Source: the human T2T-CHM13v2.0 reference genome, Homo sapiens | DNA length: 64,000 nucleotides | Reading direction: 5' to 3' (one strand) | Assembly (NCBI RefSeq): GCF_009914755.1 | Contig: NC_060932.1 | Part shown: piece by piece, positions 25,601-46,624 of the stretch | How the letters are laid out: every line of letters begins with the position of its first letter | Numbering within the stretch: position 1 is the stretch's first letter | The notes under the pieces: model-generated | What the model saw: only the letters and a program-made list of their open reading frames with translations | Told to the model about the DNA's origin: nothing | Databases searched by the model: none | Position numbers and translations under genes: made by a program

Positions 25601-27302
25601 TCCAGGTCTGCCCCCACATACTTAATCAACAGGTCCACCCCAGTGGATCTAGGTTCCAGGCTCAATTTCCAACCTGGATCCACAGGGACCCAGTATGTTC
25701 CCAGCAAAGCCAATATGCAAAGACTGGAGTACTTTTTCAAATACGTTGCCACCAATGCAAGGCCATTTCACTGGGTACCTGGTTAAAAAAAAGAAAAAGA
25801 AAAAGAATCAAGAAAATATAATACTACCAAAGAAACAAAAATCAAACACCAGTAACTGACACTAAAGAAAGATTTATGACCTGCTTTACAAAGAATTCAA
25901 AATAACAATTTTAAATAAGTTCAATGAGCTACATAAAAATATAGACGGATAACTAAGCAAAATCAGAAAAGAATACACAAACAAAATGAGAACTTCAACA
26001 AAAATAAAAATCAGAATCAACAGAAATTCCACACCTAAAAACATAATGGCTGAACTAAAAAATTCCATAGAGAACTTCAACAGAAAACTCAAGCAGAAAA
26101 AAAGAATCAGTGATTTTGAAGACAGATCATTTGATATTAGAGGAACAAAATGAGAAAAGAATGAAAAAGAGTAAAGAATGCCTATGGGAATTATGGGACA
26201 CCACCAAGCAAACCAATATATGTATTACAAATACCCCAAAAGGATCAGAGAAGGGGATGGGGCAGAGAGCTTATTTAAGGAAATAATGACAGAAAACTTT
26301 CCAAATATGAAAAATATATACAAATATCCAAGTGCAGAAAGCACAAAAGTCTCCAATCAGGTTCAATCCAAACAAAACTACACTAAGACATATGATAATA
26401 AAACTTTAAAAAATCAAAGCTGAGAGAGGATCCTAAAAGCAGCAAGACAAGCATATCACATACAAGAGAAGTCAAGTATGGTTATTGACAGATATCTTAG
26501 CATAAACCTGACAGACCAGGAAAGAGTGAGATGATAAATTTAAAGTGCTTAGTTATTAGGCCAGAATTTATGAAAATTATAAACAAAAACAAACAAAAAA
26601 GAATAAAGTACTTAAAGAAAAAAAAAACTGGCAACAAAGAATACTTTACCTGGCAAAGCTGTCCTTCAGAAATGAAGGAAAGGTAAACACTTTACCCACA
26701 ATGACAACAACAAAAGCTGAAGGAGTTCATCACCACTAGACCTTCTTTACAAAAAATGCTAAAGGGAGTTCTAGAATACTGAGTCACATGAAAACATATT
26801 AAAGTATAAAACTCACTGATAAAAGTAATTATACTGTCAAATTCAGAATACTCTACTACTACTATACTATCAGTATGTAAAACACTTAAATCTTTAGTAT
26901 GAAGGTTAAAAGACAAAACTATTAAAAGTAATAATAGCTACAATAATTTGTTAAGAGATACACAATATGAAAACATATAAACTGTGACATCTAAAACATA
27001 AAATATGGAGGAATTAAACTATAGCTTTTATATGTGATCAAAGTGTATTTATTCACAACCTAATAGGACATTATAACCATAAGATGTTTTATCTAAACTT
27101 CATGGTAACCACAAAGCAAAAACCTGTAGTATATACACAAATTATAAAAAGTGAGAAAAAAAGTATAGCACTATACAAAATTATCTAATCACAAAGGAAG
27201 ACAGCAAGAGAAAAAGAAAGGTACAAAGAAGCTACAAAACAACCAGAAAACAATTTAAATGGCAGTAGTAAATTCTTACTGATCAACAATTACCTTGAAT
27301 AT

Positions 27303-27752
27303 TCTATTAGTCCATTTTCTGTCCCTTAAAACAGAATACCTAAAACTGGATAATTTAGAAGACATAAAATTAAATTCTTACAGTTCTAGAGATTGAGAGG
27401 GGTTGAGGGGGACATATCTGGTGAGAGCCTTCTTGCTGGTGGGGACTCTGAAGAGTCCTGAAGTGGCAGAAGGTATCACATAACAAGAGGGCTGAGCATA
27501 CTAACATGTTGCTAGATCAGGTCTCTCTTGTTCTTATATAGCCACCAGTTCCCCTTCCATGATAACCCATTAATCCATCAACCCATTAATTTGTTAATCT
27601 ATAAATGGATTAATTCATTCATTCATGTTAATGCATACATTCAGGCAGAGTCCTTATGATCTAATCACCTCCTAAAAGCCCCATCTCTCAACACTGTCAC
27701 ATGAAGGGCCAAGTTTCAACATGAGGTTGGGAGGGATATTCAAACCATAGCA
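27303..27752 (-). mobile_element. MaLR solo LTR (MSTC/MSTD/MLT1A-like) in the host L1MA ORF2
   Basis: 'tctattagtccattttctg...attcaaaccatagca'; TSD aatat (27298-27302 / 27753-27757). Confidence 0.85.
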
Positions 27753-28411
27753 AATATAAAGAATTAAACTTTCCATTCAAAAGACAAAGAATGACTGAAT
27801 AGATTTTTGAAAAGACCCAACTATATTCTACCTATAAGAGACTCATTTCACCGTTAAGGACACATATAAACTAACAGTGGATGGATGAAAAAAAAGGTAT
27901 TCCATGGAAATGGAAACCAAAAGAGAGAAGGAATAGCTACACTTACATAAAATAAAATATACTTTAAGTCAATAACTGTATAATGAGAACAAGAATGATA
28001 TTATATAATGGAAAGGGGTCATTACATTCTATACTACAATATGCTGTTGATATAATGTAAATATACGTGCACCCAACATTGGAGCATATAAATGTATAAA
28101 GCAAATATTAATAGATGTTAAGGGAGAGAAAGACTGTAATATAATAATAGGAGACTTCAATATTGCACTTTCAACAACGGACAGATCATCCAACCTAATA
28201 GATACGTACAGAAAATTTCATCCAACAGCAGCAGAATACAGCAGAGTATTCTTCTCAAGTCACAGAAAACATTTTCCAGGATAGATTATATGTTCAGCCA
28301 CAAAACAAGTCTTAACAAATGTAAGAAAATTGAAATAAAGTATCTTTTTTGACCACAATGATATAAAACTAGAAATCAATGGCAGGAGGAATTTTGGAAA
28401 ATTCACAAATA

Positions 28412-28739
28412 CGGTCATGTACCATATAATGATATTTCAGTCAATGATGCACTGCAAATACAATAGTCTCATAAGATTGTAGTATTGTATTTTTACTGTG
28501 CCTTTTCTATGTTTAGATATGTTTAGATACACAAATACTTATCATTGTGTTATAATTGCCTAGAGTATTCAGTAAAGTAATGTCCTGTATAGTTCTGTAG
28601 CCTGGGATTGATAAGCTGTACTGTATAGCCTATGTATGTAGTAAGCTGTACCAACCATGTTTGTGTAACTACACTCTATGATGCTTGGACAATGACAAAA
28701 TCACCTAATGACACTTTTCTCATAACATATCCATGACTG
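28412..28739. mobile_element. Tigger3/MER7-type non-autonomous DNA transposon
   Basis: Termini cggtcatg...catgactg, TA TSD on both sides, internal 'tttagatatgtttagatacacaaatactta'. Confidence 0.88.
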
Positions 28740-30476
28740 TATGTGGAAATTAAACAACATACTCCTGAACAACCAATGCATCAAAGATATTAAAGGGCAA
28801 CACAAAATATTTATTGAGACAAACAAAAATGAAAACACAACCTAGCAAAACTTATGGAATGCATCAAAAGCAGTTTTAAGAGAAAGTTTACAGCAATAAA
28901 GGCTCACCTAACAAAAGAAACAATATGTCAAATAAGCAACTTAATACTATACCTCAAGGAACTAGAAAAAAAAAACTAAGCCCAAACTTTGTGAAATGAA
29001 GGAAATAATAAAGATCAGAACAGAAATAAATGAAACAGAGACTAGCAAAACAATGCAAAAGATCAATAAAACTAATAATTGTTTTTTGAAGAGATAAACA
29101 AAATTGACAAACCTTCATCTGGACTAAGAAATAAAGAAGACTCAAATAAATGAAATCAGAAATTAAAGAGGCAACATTACACCTGATATCGGAGAAATAC
29201 AAAGGATCATAAGAGACTACTATGAACAATTATATGCCAACACACTGAATAACCTAGAAGAAATAAATTCCTAGATAAATATAAACTATCAACACTGAAT
29301 TATAAAGAAATAGAAAATCTGAACAGACCAATAATAATTAAGGAGATTGAGTCAGTAATAAAATGCCTCCTATCAAAGTAAAGCCAAATACCTGATGACT
29401 GTACTGCTGAATTCTACCTAACATTTAAAGAATTAATACCAATTATTCTCAAACTCTTCCAAAATTTTGAAGAGGGAATATTTCCAAATTTATTTCATGT
29501 GGCCAGCATTACCCTAATACCAAAGCCAAACAAGGACATCACAAGAAAACAAAATTACAGGCCAACATCCCTGATGAACATAGATACAAAAATACAACAA
29601 AATACTAACAAACTAAATTCAACAGCACCTTAAAAGAATAATTCACCATAAGCAAGTAGGATTTATCCCAGAGATAATGCAAGTATGGTTCAACACATGC
29701 ACATCTATAAATGGGATATACCACATTAACAGAATGAAGGACAAAAATGTGTATAATCTTCTCAACAGATGCAGAAAATTTGACATAATTTAATATTCTT
29801 TCATGAGAATGATTTTTAATAAATTGTAAATAGAAACAACAAAACTCAACACAATAGAGGCTGTATATGATATGCCTGCAGCTAATATTATACTTAATGG
29901 TGAAAAGTTGAAAGCTTTTCCTCTATGATCAGGAAAAAAGGTGATCATTTTCACCACCTGTAGTCAATGTAGTACTGGAAGTTCTAGCTAGGGCAATTAG
30001 GCAACAGAAGGAAATAAAATGCATCAAAATTGGAAAGGAAGACATTAAATTTTCTGTTTACAGACGCTCTTATATGTAGAAAACCCTAAAGACTCCACAA
30101 AAAAATTTTAGAACTAGTAAACAAATGCAGTGAAGTTGAGGATACAAAATAAACGTATAAAATATCAATAATATTTCAATACACTAACAAACTATCCCAA
30201 AAAGAAATTAAGAAAATAACCTCACTTACAATAGTACAGAAAAAAATACTTTGCAATAAATATTGCCAAGGATGTGAAAGATCTGTACATTGAAAACGAT
30301 AAAATAGAGATAAAAAGAAAAAAGACAAAAATAAATTGAATGACATCCCATGTTCACGGACTGGAAGAATTAATCTCTTTAACATGTCCATACTGACCAA
30401 AGCTGTCTACAGATTTTGTGCAATCCCTATCAAAATTCCCATGAGATTTTTCACAGATTAGAAAAAACAATTCTAA

Positions 30477-31187
30477 CTGACTTCCACAATGGTCGAACTA
30501 GTTTACAGTCCCACCAACAGTGTAAAAGTGTTCCTATTTCTCCACATCCTCTCAAGCACCTGTTGTTTCCTGAATTTTTAATTATTGTCATTCTAACTGG
30601 TGGTGATTCCTCAGGGATCTAGAACTGGAAATACCATTTGACCCAGCCATCCCATTACTGGGTATATACCCAAAGGACTATAAATCATGCTGCTATAAAG
30701 ACACATGAACATGTATGTTTATTGCGGCATTATTCACAATAGCAAAGACTTGGAACCAAGCTAAATGTCCAACAATGATAGACTGGATTAAGAAAATGTG
30801 GCACATATACACCATAGAATACTATGCAGCCATAAAAAATGATGAGTTCATGTCCTTTGTAGGGACATGGATGAAATTGGAAATCATCATTCTCAGTAAA
30901 CTATCACAAGAACAAAAAACCAAACACCACATATTCTCACTCATAGGTGGGAATTGAACAATGAGATCACATGGACACAGGAAGGGGAATATCACACTCT
31001 GGGGACTGTTGTGGGGTGGGGGGAGTGGGAAAGGATAGCATTGGGAGATATACCTAATGCTAGATGACGAGTTAGTGGGTGCAGCGCACCAGCATGGCAC
31101 ATGTATACATATGTAACTAACCTGCACAATGTGCACATGTACCCTAAAACTTAAAGTATAATAAAAGAATAAATAAAAATAAAAAAA
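30477..31187 (+). mobile_element. 5'-truncated, 5'-inverted (twin-primed) L1PA2/3 insertion [L1-C]; inverted part 30477-30602
   Basis: Perfect 17-bp TSD agaaaaaacaattctaa (30460-30476 / 31188-31204); antisense ORF2 piece joined to the sense 3' end; 3'UTR 'gagatcacatggac...gggaatatcac...gatgacgagttagtggg'. Confidence 0.95.
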
Positions 31188-31266
31188 AGAAAAAACAATT
31201 CTAAAACATGTACAGAACCATAAAAAAACTGAATTAAAGCAAACTTCAGCAAAAAGAACAAAGCTA

Positions 31267-37384
<6,118 letters not shown>

Positions 37385-38929
37385 AAAAAGAGCAAAGCTA
37401 AAGGCATTATGCTACTTGTCTTTGAAATATACGTCAAAGCTTATTAATAAAAACAGTATGGTACTAGTATAAAAACAAACACATAGACCAATGGAACAGA
37501 ATAGAGAGCCCAAAGATAAATCCACACAGTTGTAGTCAATTGATGTTCAACAAAGATGCAACTATATACATATTAATAAATAGTGGCTGGGACAACTGGA
37601 TATCCACATGCAGAATAATGAAACTAGATCCTTATCTCACACCACATACAAAAGTCATCTCAAAATGGAGTAAAGACTCAAAATGTTAAAGCCTAAAATT
37701 GTAAAACTACTAGATAACATAGGAAAAAAATCTAAGTAACTGGCTTGGGTAATTTTTTTGGATAGGACCCCAAAAGCACAGGCAACAAAAGTATAGACAA
37801 ATAAGATTACATTAAATCAAAAAGCTCTGAACACCCAAGGAAATAATCAACAGAGAAAAATTTATGGATTGGGACAAAATATGTGCAAACCATACATCTG
37901 ATAAGGGGATAATATCCAAAATATATAAGGAACTCAACTCAATAGTAAGAAAATAAATAACTCCATGAAAAGAGCAATGGACAGAAATAGACATTTTTCA
38001 AAAGAAGACATACAAATGACCATGGGGTACACAAAAAAATTGGTACTTTTCAACTAATCATCAGAGAAACTCAAAACTACAATGATATGTCACCTCATAA
38101 CTGTTAGAATGATTATTATCAAAAGACAAAGGATAAGTATCGGCAGAGATTTGGAGAAGAAGAAACCCTTGCACACTGTTGGTAGGAATGTAAATTAATA
38201 CATTCATTATCAAAAACAGTATAGTGATTTCTCAAAAAAATAGAAATATAACTATCATATGGTTGAACAATCTCACTACTGGGTATATATCCAAAGGAGG
38301 TGAAATCAGCATGCCAAAGAGGTATCTGCACTCCCGTGTTCATTGCAGCATTGTTCACAATAGCCAAGATATGAAATCAACATAAGAGTTCATCAACGAA
38401 TGGATAAAGAAAATGTGGTACATACACATAATGGAATACCATTTCACCATAAAAAATAAAAGAGAATCCTGTCATTTGTGAAAATGGATGAACCGGAGGA
38501 CATTATGTTAACTAAAATAAACCAGGCGCAGAAAGATAAATGCTTTATGACCTCACTTATATGTATTATCTAAGAAATAACTGAACTAATAGAAGCAGAG
38601 AGTAGAACGGTAGTTACTAGGGGTTTGAGGGGGTGCCTAGAGAGGGGAAGGGCTTTGTGAAATGTTGGTCAAAAGATACAAAATTTCAGTTTGACAAGAG
38701 GAACAAGTTCAAGGAATCTATTTTAGAACATGGTGACTATACTTAATAACAATGAATCGTGTACTTCAATATTGCTAAAAGAGTCTATTTTAAGTGTTCT
38801 CACATCAAAAATGATAAATGAGGTAATACGTTAATTAGCTTATTCTAGCCATTCCATGATGTATATATATTTCTAGACATTGTGTTTTATACCACAAATA
38901 TAATTTTGTCAAAATAAATTTTAGAAAGA

Positions 38930-39640
38930 TGTCAACACTAATTGTTCAAGAAATAGAAGTCATTCTTCATTGTTGTCTTTCCTTCACCTTGTCCTTCTCT
39001 GTTTCCAATTGATAAACAAATTGGTTCTATTTTACTCTCAAAACTCATCACGATGCCACCCCTCTTTTCTTCATTTCTGTTGCCATCACCCTAGCCTAAG
39101 TGATAATCACCTCTCTTGCCTGGCCTCCCATGACCTCCCTGATCATGACTGTCTCTAATATTTTCTTCATGTAGCAGCCAGAATAAATATTCAAAAACCT
39201 AATTCAGATCATGGCACAGCCCTTTTAAAACCCTCCAGTGATCACTTCTTGGCCTTTTGGCTAAGATCCACTGTAAAACCCTTCATTGATATTCTATTTA
39301 TCTTAAAATAATTCAAAGTTCCTTATCCCAGCCTTCAAGACCACAAATTATTGGATGCCTGTCTGTTCCTCTCAACTTGCATAATTCTTCTCAGTCACTC
39401 TGCTCTGGCCATGCTAGCCTGCTTTTACATTTCTAGAACACCTGAAGTCTTTCCTTTCCTTGGAGTTTCCAGCATGTGCTCCTGCCCATAATGCTTTTTC
39501 TCTGCCTTTGCACTTGGTTCAAGTCTTCTTCATCCATCACTCTTTCAATTCACTTTAAATTATGTGGCCTTGACAAATTATGCTCTCACTTTACTCTCTG
39601 TGTTTCCTTCTTAGCATGATCATAGTTTTCAGTTCACTCA
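38930..39640 (+). mobile_element. L2 3' portion, right half of the split L2
   Basis: 'aattgttcaag...gaagtcattctt', 'gtagcagccagaat...tcagatcatg', 'cactctgctctggccatgc' L2 motifs. Confidence 0.65.
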
Positions 39641-40296
39641 TTAAAAAAGTTCCTTACTTACATAATAAAGAACTATTTTTTAATTCCAAATACACTTTAT
39701 AAGTTCTTACTATGTTTCTGATAATTTTCTAGGCAATAGAATACAGCAATTATCAATGTCCTGACCTCATGGAGATATTTCAGTTATGCTTTCAGTCAAC
39801 CATTACCAAACTGTAACAAGAAAAATCTAATTTTATTTAGGTCCAAATAAAAGCAAATATCAGGCCCTAAATCTGGCAGGAAATAGTCCATCTTGCTTAT
39901 ATTGCTAAGATTCTCTAATAAATGTCTGCAATGCAAACTCTTAGCAATAATCAAAGGGGCTCTGATGGGGAAAGAATCATCAAAGTGTAGAGACTGAACT
40001 TTTGTTGGCATGTTTACATGTTCTATTCTTTTAACATATAAGGTAGTGGTGACATTTACTTGCTTTCTTTAGTTATTCAGCCTCTAGATTCATGTAGGTG
40101 TCTCCATCTGGAGCTTTATTTGAAATCTTCTCTGAATGCCAGCCAGAATTTGTAGAACACAGTGAATCTTTTTTTATAGCAAGCTCATAGAGAATGGTGC
40201 TAGGGTGGGGAGGAATAGCTACCCAAGATCCATGTATATAGAACTTAGACTCACAGAGAGAAAACCAGAAATGCAATAACAGTGGACATGCCATGA

Positions 40297-41924
<1,628 letters not shown>

Positions 41925-43039
41925 CTTGCTCAAACAGGTGGGAAAACACGCTTTCTTATTTTTTTGAAACCATTCACCACCAATGATTTATTTATGGAGT
42001 TGATCTATATAAACAATTCTACTCCCTTCACCCCAAAATTACATTGTGGCACATTAAACCTTAGAATCATTGCACCATAGACTATCATAGATATTATAGG
42101 GGATACTCAAAAGTCAAAAGCAGGAACCTACTATGCAATGTCCCCACCACACTGTCTTCTGGATCATGTTTATATACCTATAGTGCCAAAATACTCATTG
42201 CATTTTCACCTAAGGGTGCTTCAGGCTGTTAAAATAGCTGTTACTTAAGCTATTCATGTGTCTTTAATATATAACTTTCTAGATATTAATTTTCACTAAT
42301 CCAAAAGCAAAATGGCTTAAGCCTTCATCTTTTGTGCTTAGAAAATTACAGTTTTCCTCTAATATTCTAGGGAGTACTTTGTGGATCTAGTAATCTCCTG
42401 GACAAGTCTCATTCTGGATTCCTACTCACATTAAGTGCACCATCTAATCTTTTCAATCTTATTACAGAGGCTCCTATCTACCTTGACACACTGTTGTGAC
42501 CCAAGTGTGGATAGCCTTGCTCACATTTCATTTTCTAAAACACCAACTACTAAAAGCTGCTTATGAAACTTTTTACTGCAAGTTGGCAGGGTCACAGAAG
42601 GAAAGCAACTAGATATGACATTTACCAAGACACTTAGTTGTATGCTGTACAAGGATTTAATTTCTCATGGCCTTTCTTCTCCTTAGTCTGTGGTCTACCA
42701 CTATCTCACCCACCGTCTCAGACACTTGTCTCCCATTCTCTTCCTTCCAACCTAAAATGTCCAGAGCTGAATTCAGACGATTCTTTCTTACTTTATTATG
42801 GAGAACAATTCTCTCTATATCCAGCTTCTTCCACCCAAACTAATTTGGAAACCTATATTTGCATAATATGTATTATAGAATTATTTGTACACAAAAGAAT
42901 AATTTTCTCACTAGTTTAACTCTGTCTTTGGCTCCTAAAGTAACCAGCTAAACTAACAAGCTTTAAAGTAACAAAATGTTACTTCCTATACCCTTATATT
43001 AACCCAGAATGTGTCCCACTAGTGGTAATATTTATTGGT

Positions 43040-43250
43040 TTTAGTTCATTCATTTAATGATATTTATTGATTTTCTACTATGGTCAAGGCACCATGCTAG
43101 ACATTGAGGGATGTAAAGACCCAATCCCTGCCTTCAATGAACAAAGATATAGAGATAAATACAAAGGCAGTTAAAATATGTTATAATAATTGGTCCTCTG
43201 GAGATATAAGCAGTTCATGGGAGACATGTAAAAACACTTAATCTAGACAT
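43040..43250 (-). mobile_element. L2 3' end
   Basis: 'ttcattcatttaatgatatttattga...aggcaccatgctagacattgagg'. Confidence 0.7.
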
Positions 43251-43256
43251 GGAGGG

Positions 43257-43697
43257 TTCAGTGGAATGAGCTGTGTTCTTCAAAAAGATATATCCAAGTC
43301 CTAACCCCTGGTACCTGTGAATGTGTCTTTATTAAGGATCTCGAGATAAGATCATCCTGGATTTAGAGTGGGCCCTAAATCCAATGACTAGCATCCTTAT
43401 AAAAGAAGACATGGCATAAAGACAAGGAAGAAGTCCAGGTGAAAATGAAGGCAGAATTTTGGAGTTAGGCTGCCACAAGCCAAGAAATGCCAGGAGCTAC
43501 CTGAAGGAAAAAAAAAAAAAAGAAAAAAAAAAAAGACGAGGAAGCATTCTCTCCTAGAGCCTTTAAAGGGAACGTGGTGCTTTTAACACCTTCATTTCAA
43601 ACTTCTGCCCTCTAGACTGTGAGGTAACAACATTTCCATTGTTTTAAGCTACCACATTTATTGCAATTTGTTGCAGCAGCCCTAGGAAACTAATATA
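43257..43697 (+). mobile_element. MLT1C-like solo LTR with internal poly-A expansion (~43507-43535)
   Basis: 'tccaagtcctaacccctggtacctgtgaatgtg...gccctaggaaactaatata'; flanks gaggg/gagga. Confidence 0.85.
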
Positions 43698-44005
43698 GAG
43701 GATGATCTAATATTTTCTCAAGAACATGATGTCTAAACTAAGAAAATTAATGTGAGCAAGTTAGTAAAGGGGTTACAGGGATTGAATAGTGTCCTGACCC
43801 AGAGAACAGCACTATGAGGATGTAATATGTAATATGAGGATATCAAATGATGATGACTGCTGTTTTTCTATTTCTTATGAGAACACAAATGGCCACGGAG
43901 ATAACTCACAGCTGTGACAAAAGGAACCGTATACCCCCCACCCTTTTAGTTCAGAAGAATGCCAGTGGTTCCAACCCTCCCACCACAGAGTTTACTAATA
44001 GGGGA

Positions 44006-44906
44006 TGTATTAGTCCATTTTCACCCTGTTAATAAAGACATACCTGAGACTGGGCAATTTACAAAAGAAAGAGGTTTAATGGACTTCCAGTTCCCTGTGG
44101 CTGCGGAGGCCTCACAAACTTTTATGCTGTTTCCCTTTTAAAACTGAATGCTTTTAACAGCACCCAAGTCACCTCTTGAATACTACTTAGAAATTTCTTC
44201 TGCCGGATACCCTAAATCATCTCTCTCATGTTCAAAGTTCCACAAATCTCTAGGGCAAGAGCAAAATGCTGTCAGTCGCTTTGTTAAAACATAACAAGAG
44301 TCACCTTTGCTCTATTTCCCAACAAGTTCCTCATCTCCATCTGAGACTACCTCAGTCTGGATTCCGTTGTCCATGTCATTATCAGCATTTTGGTCAAAGC
44401 CATTCAACAAGTGTCTAGGAAGTTCCAAACTTTCCCACATTTCCTGTCTTCTTCTGAGCCCTCCAAACTGTTCCAACCTCTGCCTGTTACACAGTTCCAA
44501 AGTCACTTCCACATTTTGGGTTATCTTTTCAGCAGTGCACCACTTTACTGGTACCAATTTACCGTATTAGTCCATTTTCACACTGCTGATAAAGACATAC
44601 CTGAGACTGGGCAATTTACAAAAGAAAGAGGTTTAGTAAATTTACAGTTCCATGTGGCTGGGGAGGCCTCACGATTATGGTGGAAGGTGAAAGGCACATC
44701 TCACATGACAGCAGACAAGAGAAGAGAGTTTCTGCAGGGAAACTCCCCTTTATAAATCCATCAGATCTCACGAGACTTATTCACTATCACAAGAACAGCA
44801 TGGGAAAGACCTGCCGCCATGATTCAATTACCTCCCACCAGGTCCCTCCCACAACAGGTGGGAATTCAAGATGAGATTTGGGTGGGGACACAGCCAAACC
44901 ATATCA
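44006..44906 (-). mobile_element. THE1A/B MaLR with a large internal deletion: partial LTR 44006-~44117, internal remnant to ~44562, full LTR ~44563-44906
   Basis: LTR termini 'tgtattag' and 'ccatatca'; TSD gggga/gggaa; abrupt LTR-to-internal junction 'cctcacaa|acttttatgc'. Confidence 0.9.
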
Positions 44907-45092
44907 GGGAACATTCCAACAGAACTCTCACCACAACCCTCCCAATACCTTGTATCCCTATAAAGACTTGCATTCAACTACAAATAACAGAAAACTCACT
45001 GCAACAGCTTAAACAATGGAATTTGAGGGTTTTTTTTCCACCTAACAGGGAGTCCAGAGGTTAATAATGGCTGATAGAGGCCAGCATCCATG

Positions 45093-45778
45093 TATAAACC
45101 AAAACTAAAATCCTAAGTCCCCCACTAACTGGACGGACCCCCTTTGGGCCAAGGGTACCCCAGAGAAACCTTAAAAGCTGACTTCCTACCCATGACAAGA
45201 GGGAGATTGGATACACCTCATTATAATCACTTTCCTTTGGAGTTTAGGCACAACCACTGACCAGTATTAATGTTAAAATAGAGATCATAAAACAAACAAA
45301 ATATACTCTTTGTGGCAAAAAATATATACCAAATTTCAAACAAGACCTAAGGCCATATAAGAATCAAGTCATACACCTGCTGACCATCAGTCTTGTCAAC
45401 AGGTCATACTGTAGCTAACTCTGACATATCATCCTTATTGGAACATTCCTTTTTGCTAACTCCAAGTTTTTAGACAAAGTTTTGTTCCTTTCACCAATTA
45501 CAGGTTAAAAAATCTATAGATCCACCTATGACTTATAAGCTCTTGCTTAAAGATACCTGTATTTTTTGGCCAAACCAATATACGCCTTCCATGTATTGAT
45601 TTATGTTTTTGCCTATAACTCCAGGCTCCCTAAAATGTATAAAACCAAACTGTTATCTGACCACCTTGGGCACACTTTCTCAGAACTCCTTGAGACTGTT
45701 TTCCCAAGCCAAGGTCATTCATATTGACTCAAAAAACCTCTTTGAAATATTTTCCTGAGTTTGGATTTTTGGTTAACA
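45093..45778 (+). mobile_element. MER4-group ERV1 solo LTR, inserted in an old MLT1-like LTR (~44960-46040)
   Basis: 'taaaccaaaactaaaatcctaag...ccccagagaaacctt...cctaaaatgtataaaaccaa...ggttaaca'. Confidence 0.8.
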
Positions 45779-46624
45779 ATGAGAGTCCTGTGGACTTTTC
45801 CTCAGGTGTGTTGTAACTCTACCTTCACCTCTGAGCATGAGGTTTTCATTTTAGGCAAAAAGAAAAGGGACTGGTGAGTGGGAATGGGGCTTTCTTCTAC
45901 AAAGTATTTGCTTTTTGTTTTGAAATTAAGGATAAAAATATTTCTCATGGGCTTTGTCCTCCATGTCATTGATCAGCACTCTATCACATGGTCACCCTAA
46001 GTTCAAGGAATGTTAGGAAATTGGATATTTATTTCTTTTGCTTTTTAAATAAAAAAGCAACAGAAAAGTGTATCCAGAGTGAACATTAAGTGAGAAAAGA
46101 TACAGTGTATATTAAGATGGATAAAAATAGAGACAAAGTTAGGTTATTTTTAAGAGTTTATTGAGCTCCTATAGCATCCACTTAACATGTTTCCTCTAAA
46201 TAAATATTCATCAACATTGGGAAGTAGAGCATCAGAGAAAGGAACTACCACCATCACATTTTCTTGTTGGAGGTTTTTGAAGTCACTAGGTATTTTTTCT
46301 TCATTTTATGGGATGAGTTATGTGGAGGAGTGCCAGGGAAAGAAGTGGAAACCTCAAGCTACATATTAAGACCAATCAAGGAAAAGAAAAGTATACTTCC
46401 CCCAAAGCTAGGTCACGCATAGCATATATCGCTGGATTCCCTGGGTGCTGAAGTCAGATCACAGAAAAGGGAACAAACTATGCCACTACCTTATCAGAAA
46501 ATGCTTGGATACTAGCATTCAACAGTGATGTGGGAGAAGTGGTTCTACTCCTTAAGTGATCCCAAGGTTTAGAATAATGTAGAAGGGTAGTATCAGCTGA
46601 TACTTGAAGATTGCCTATATTTCT

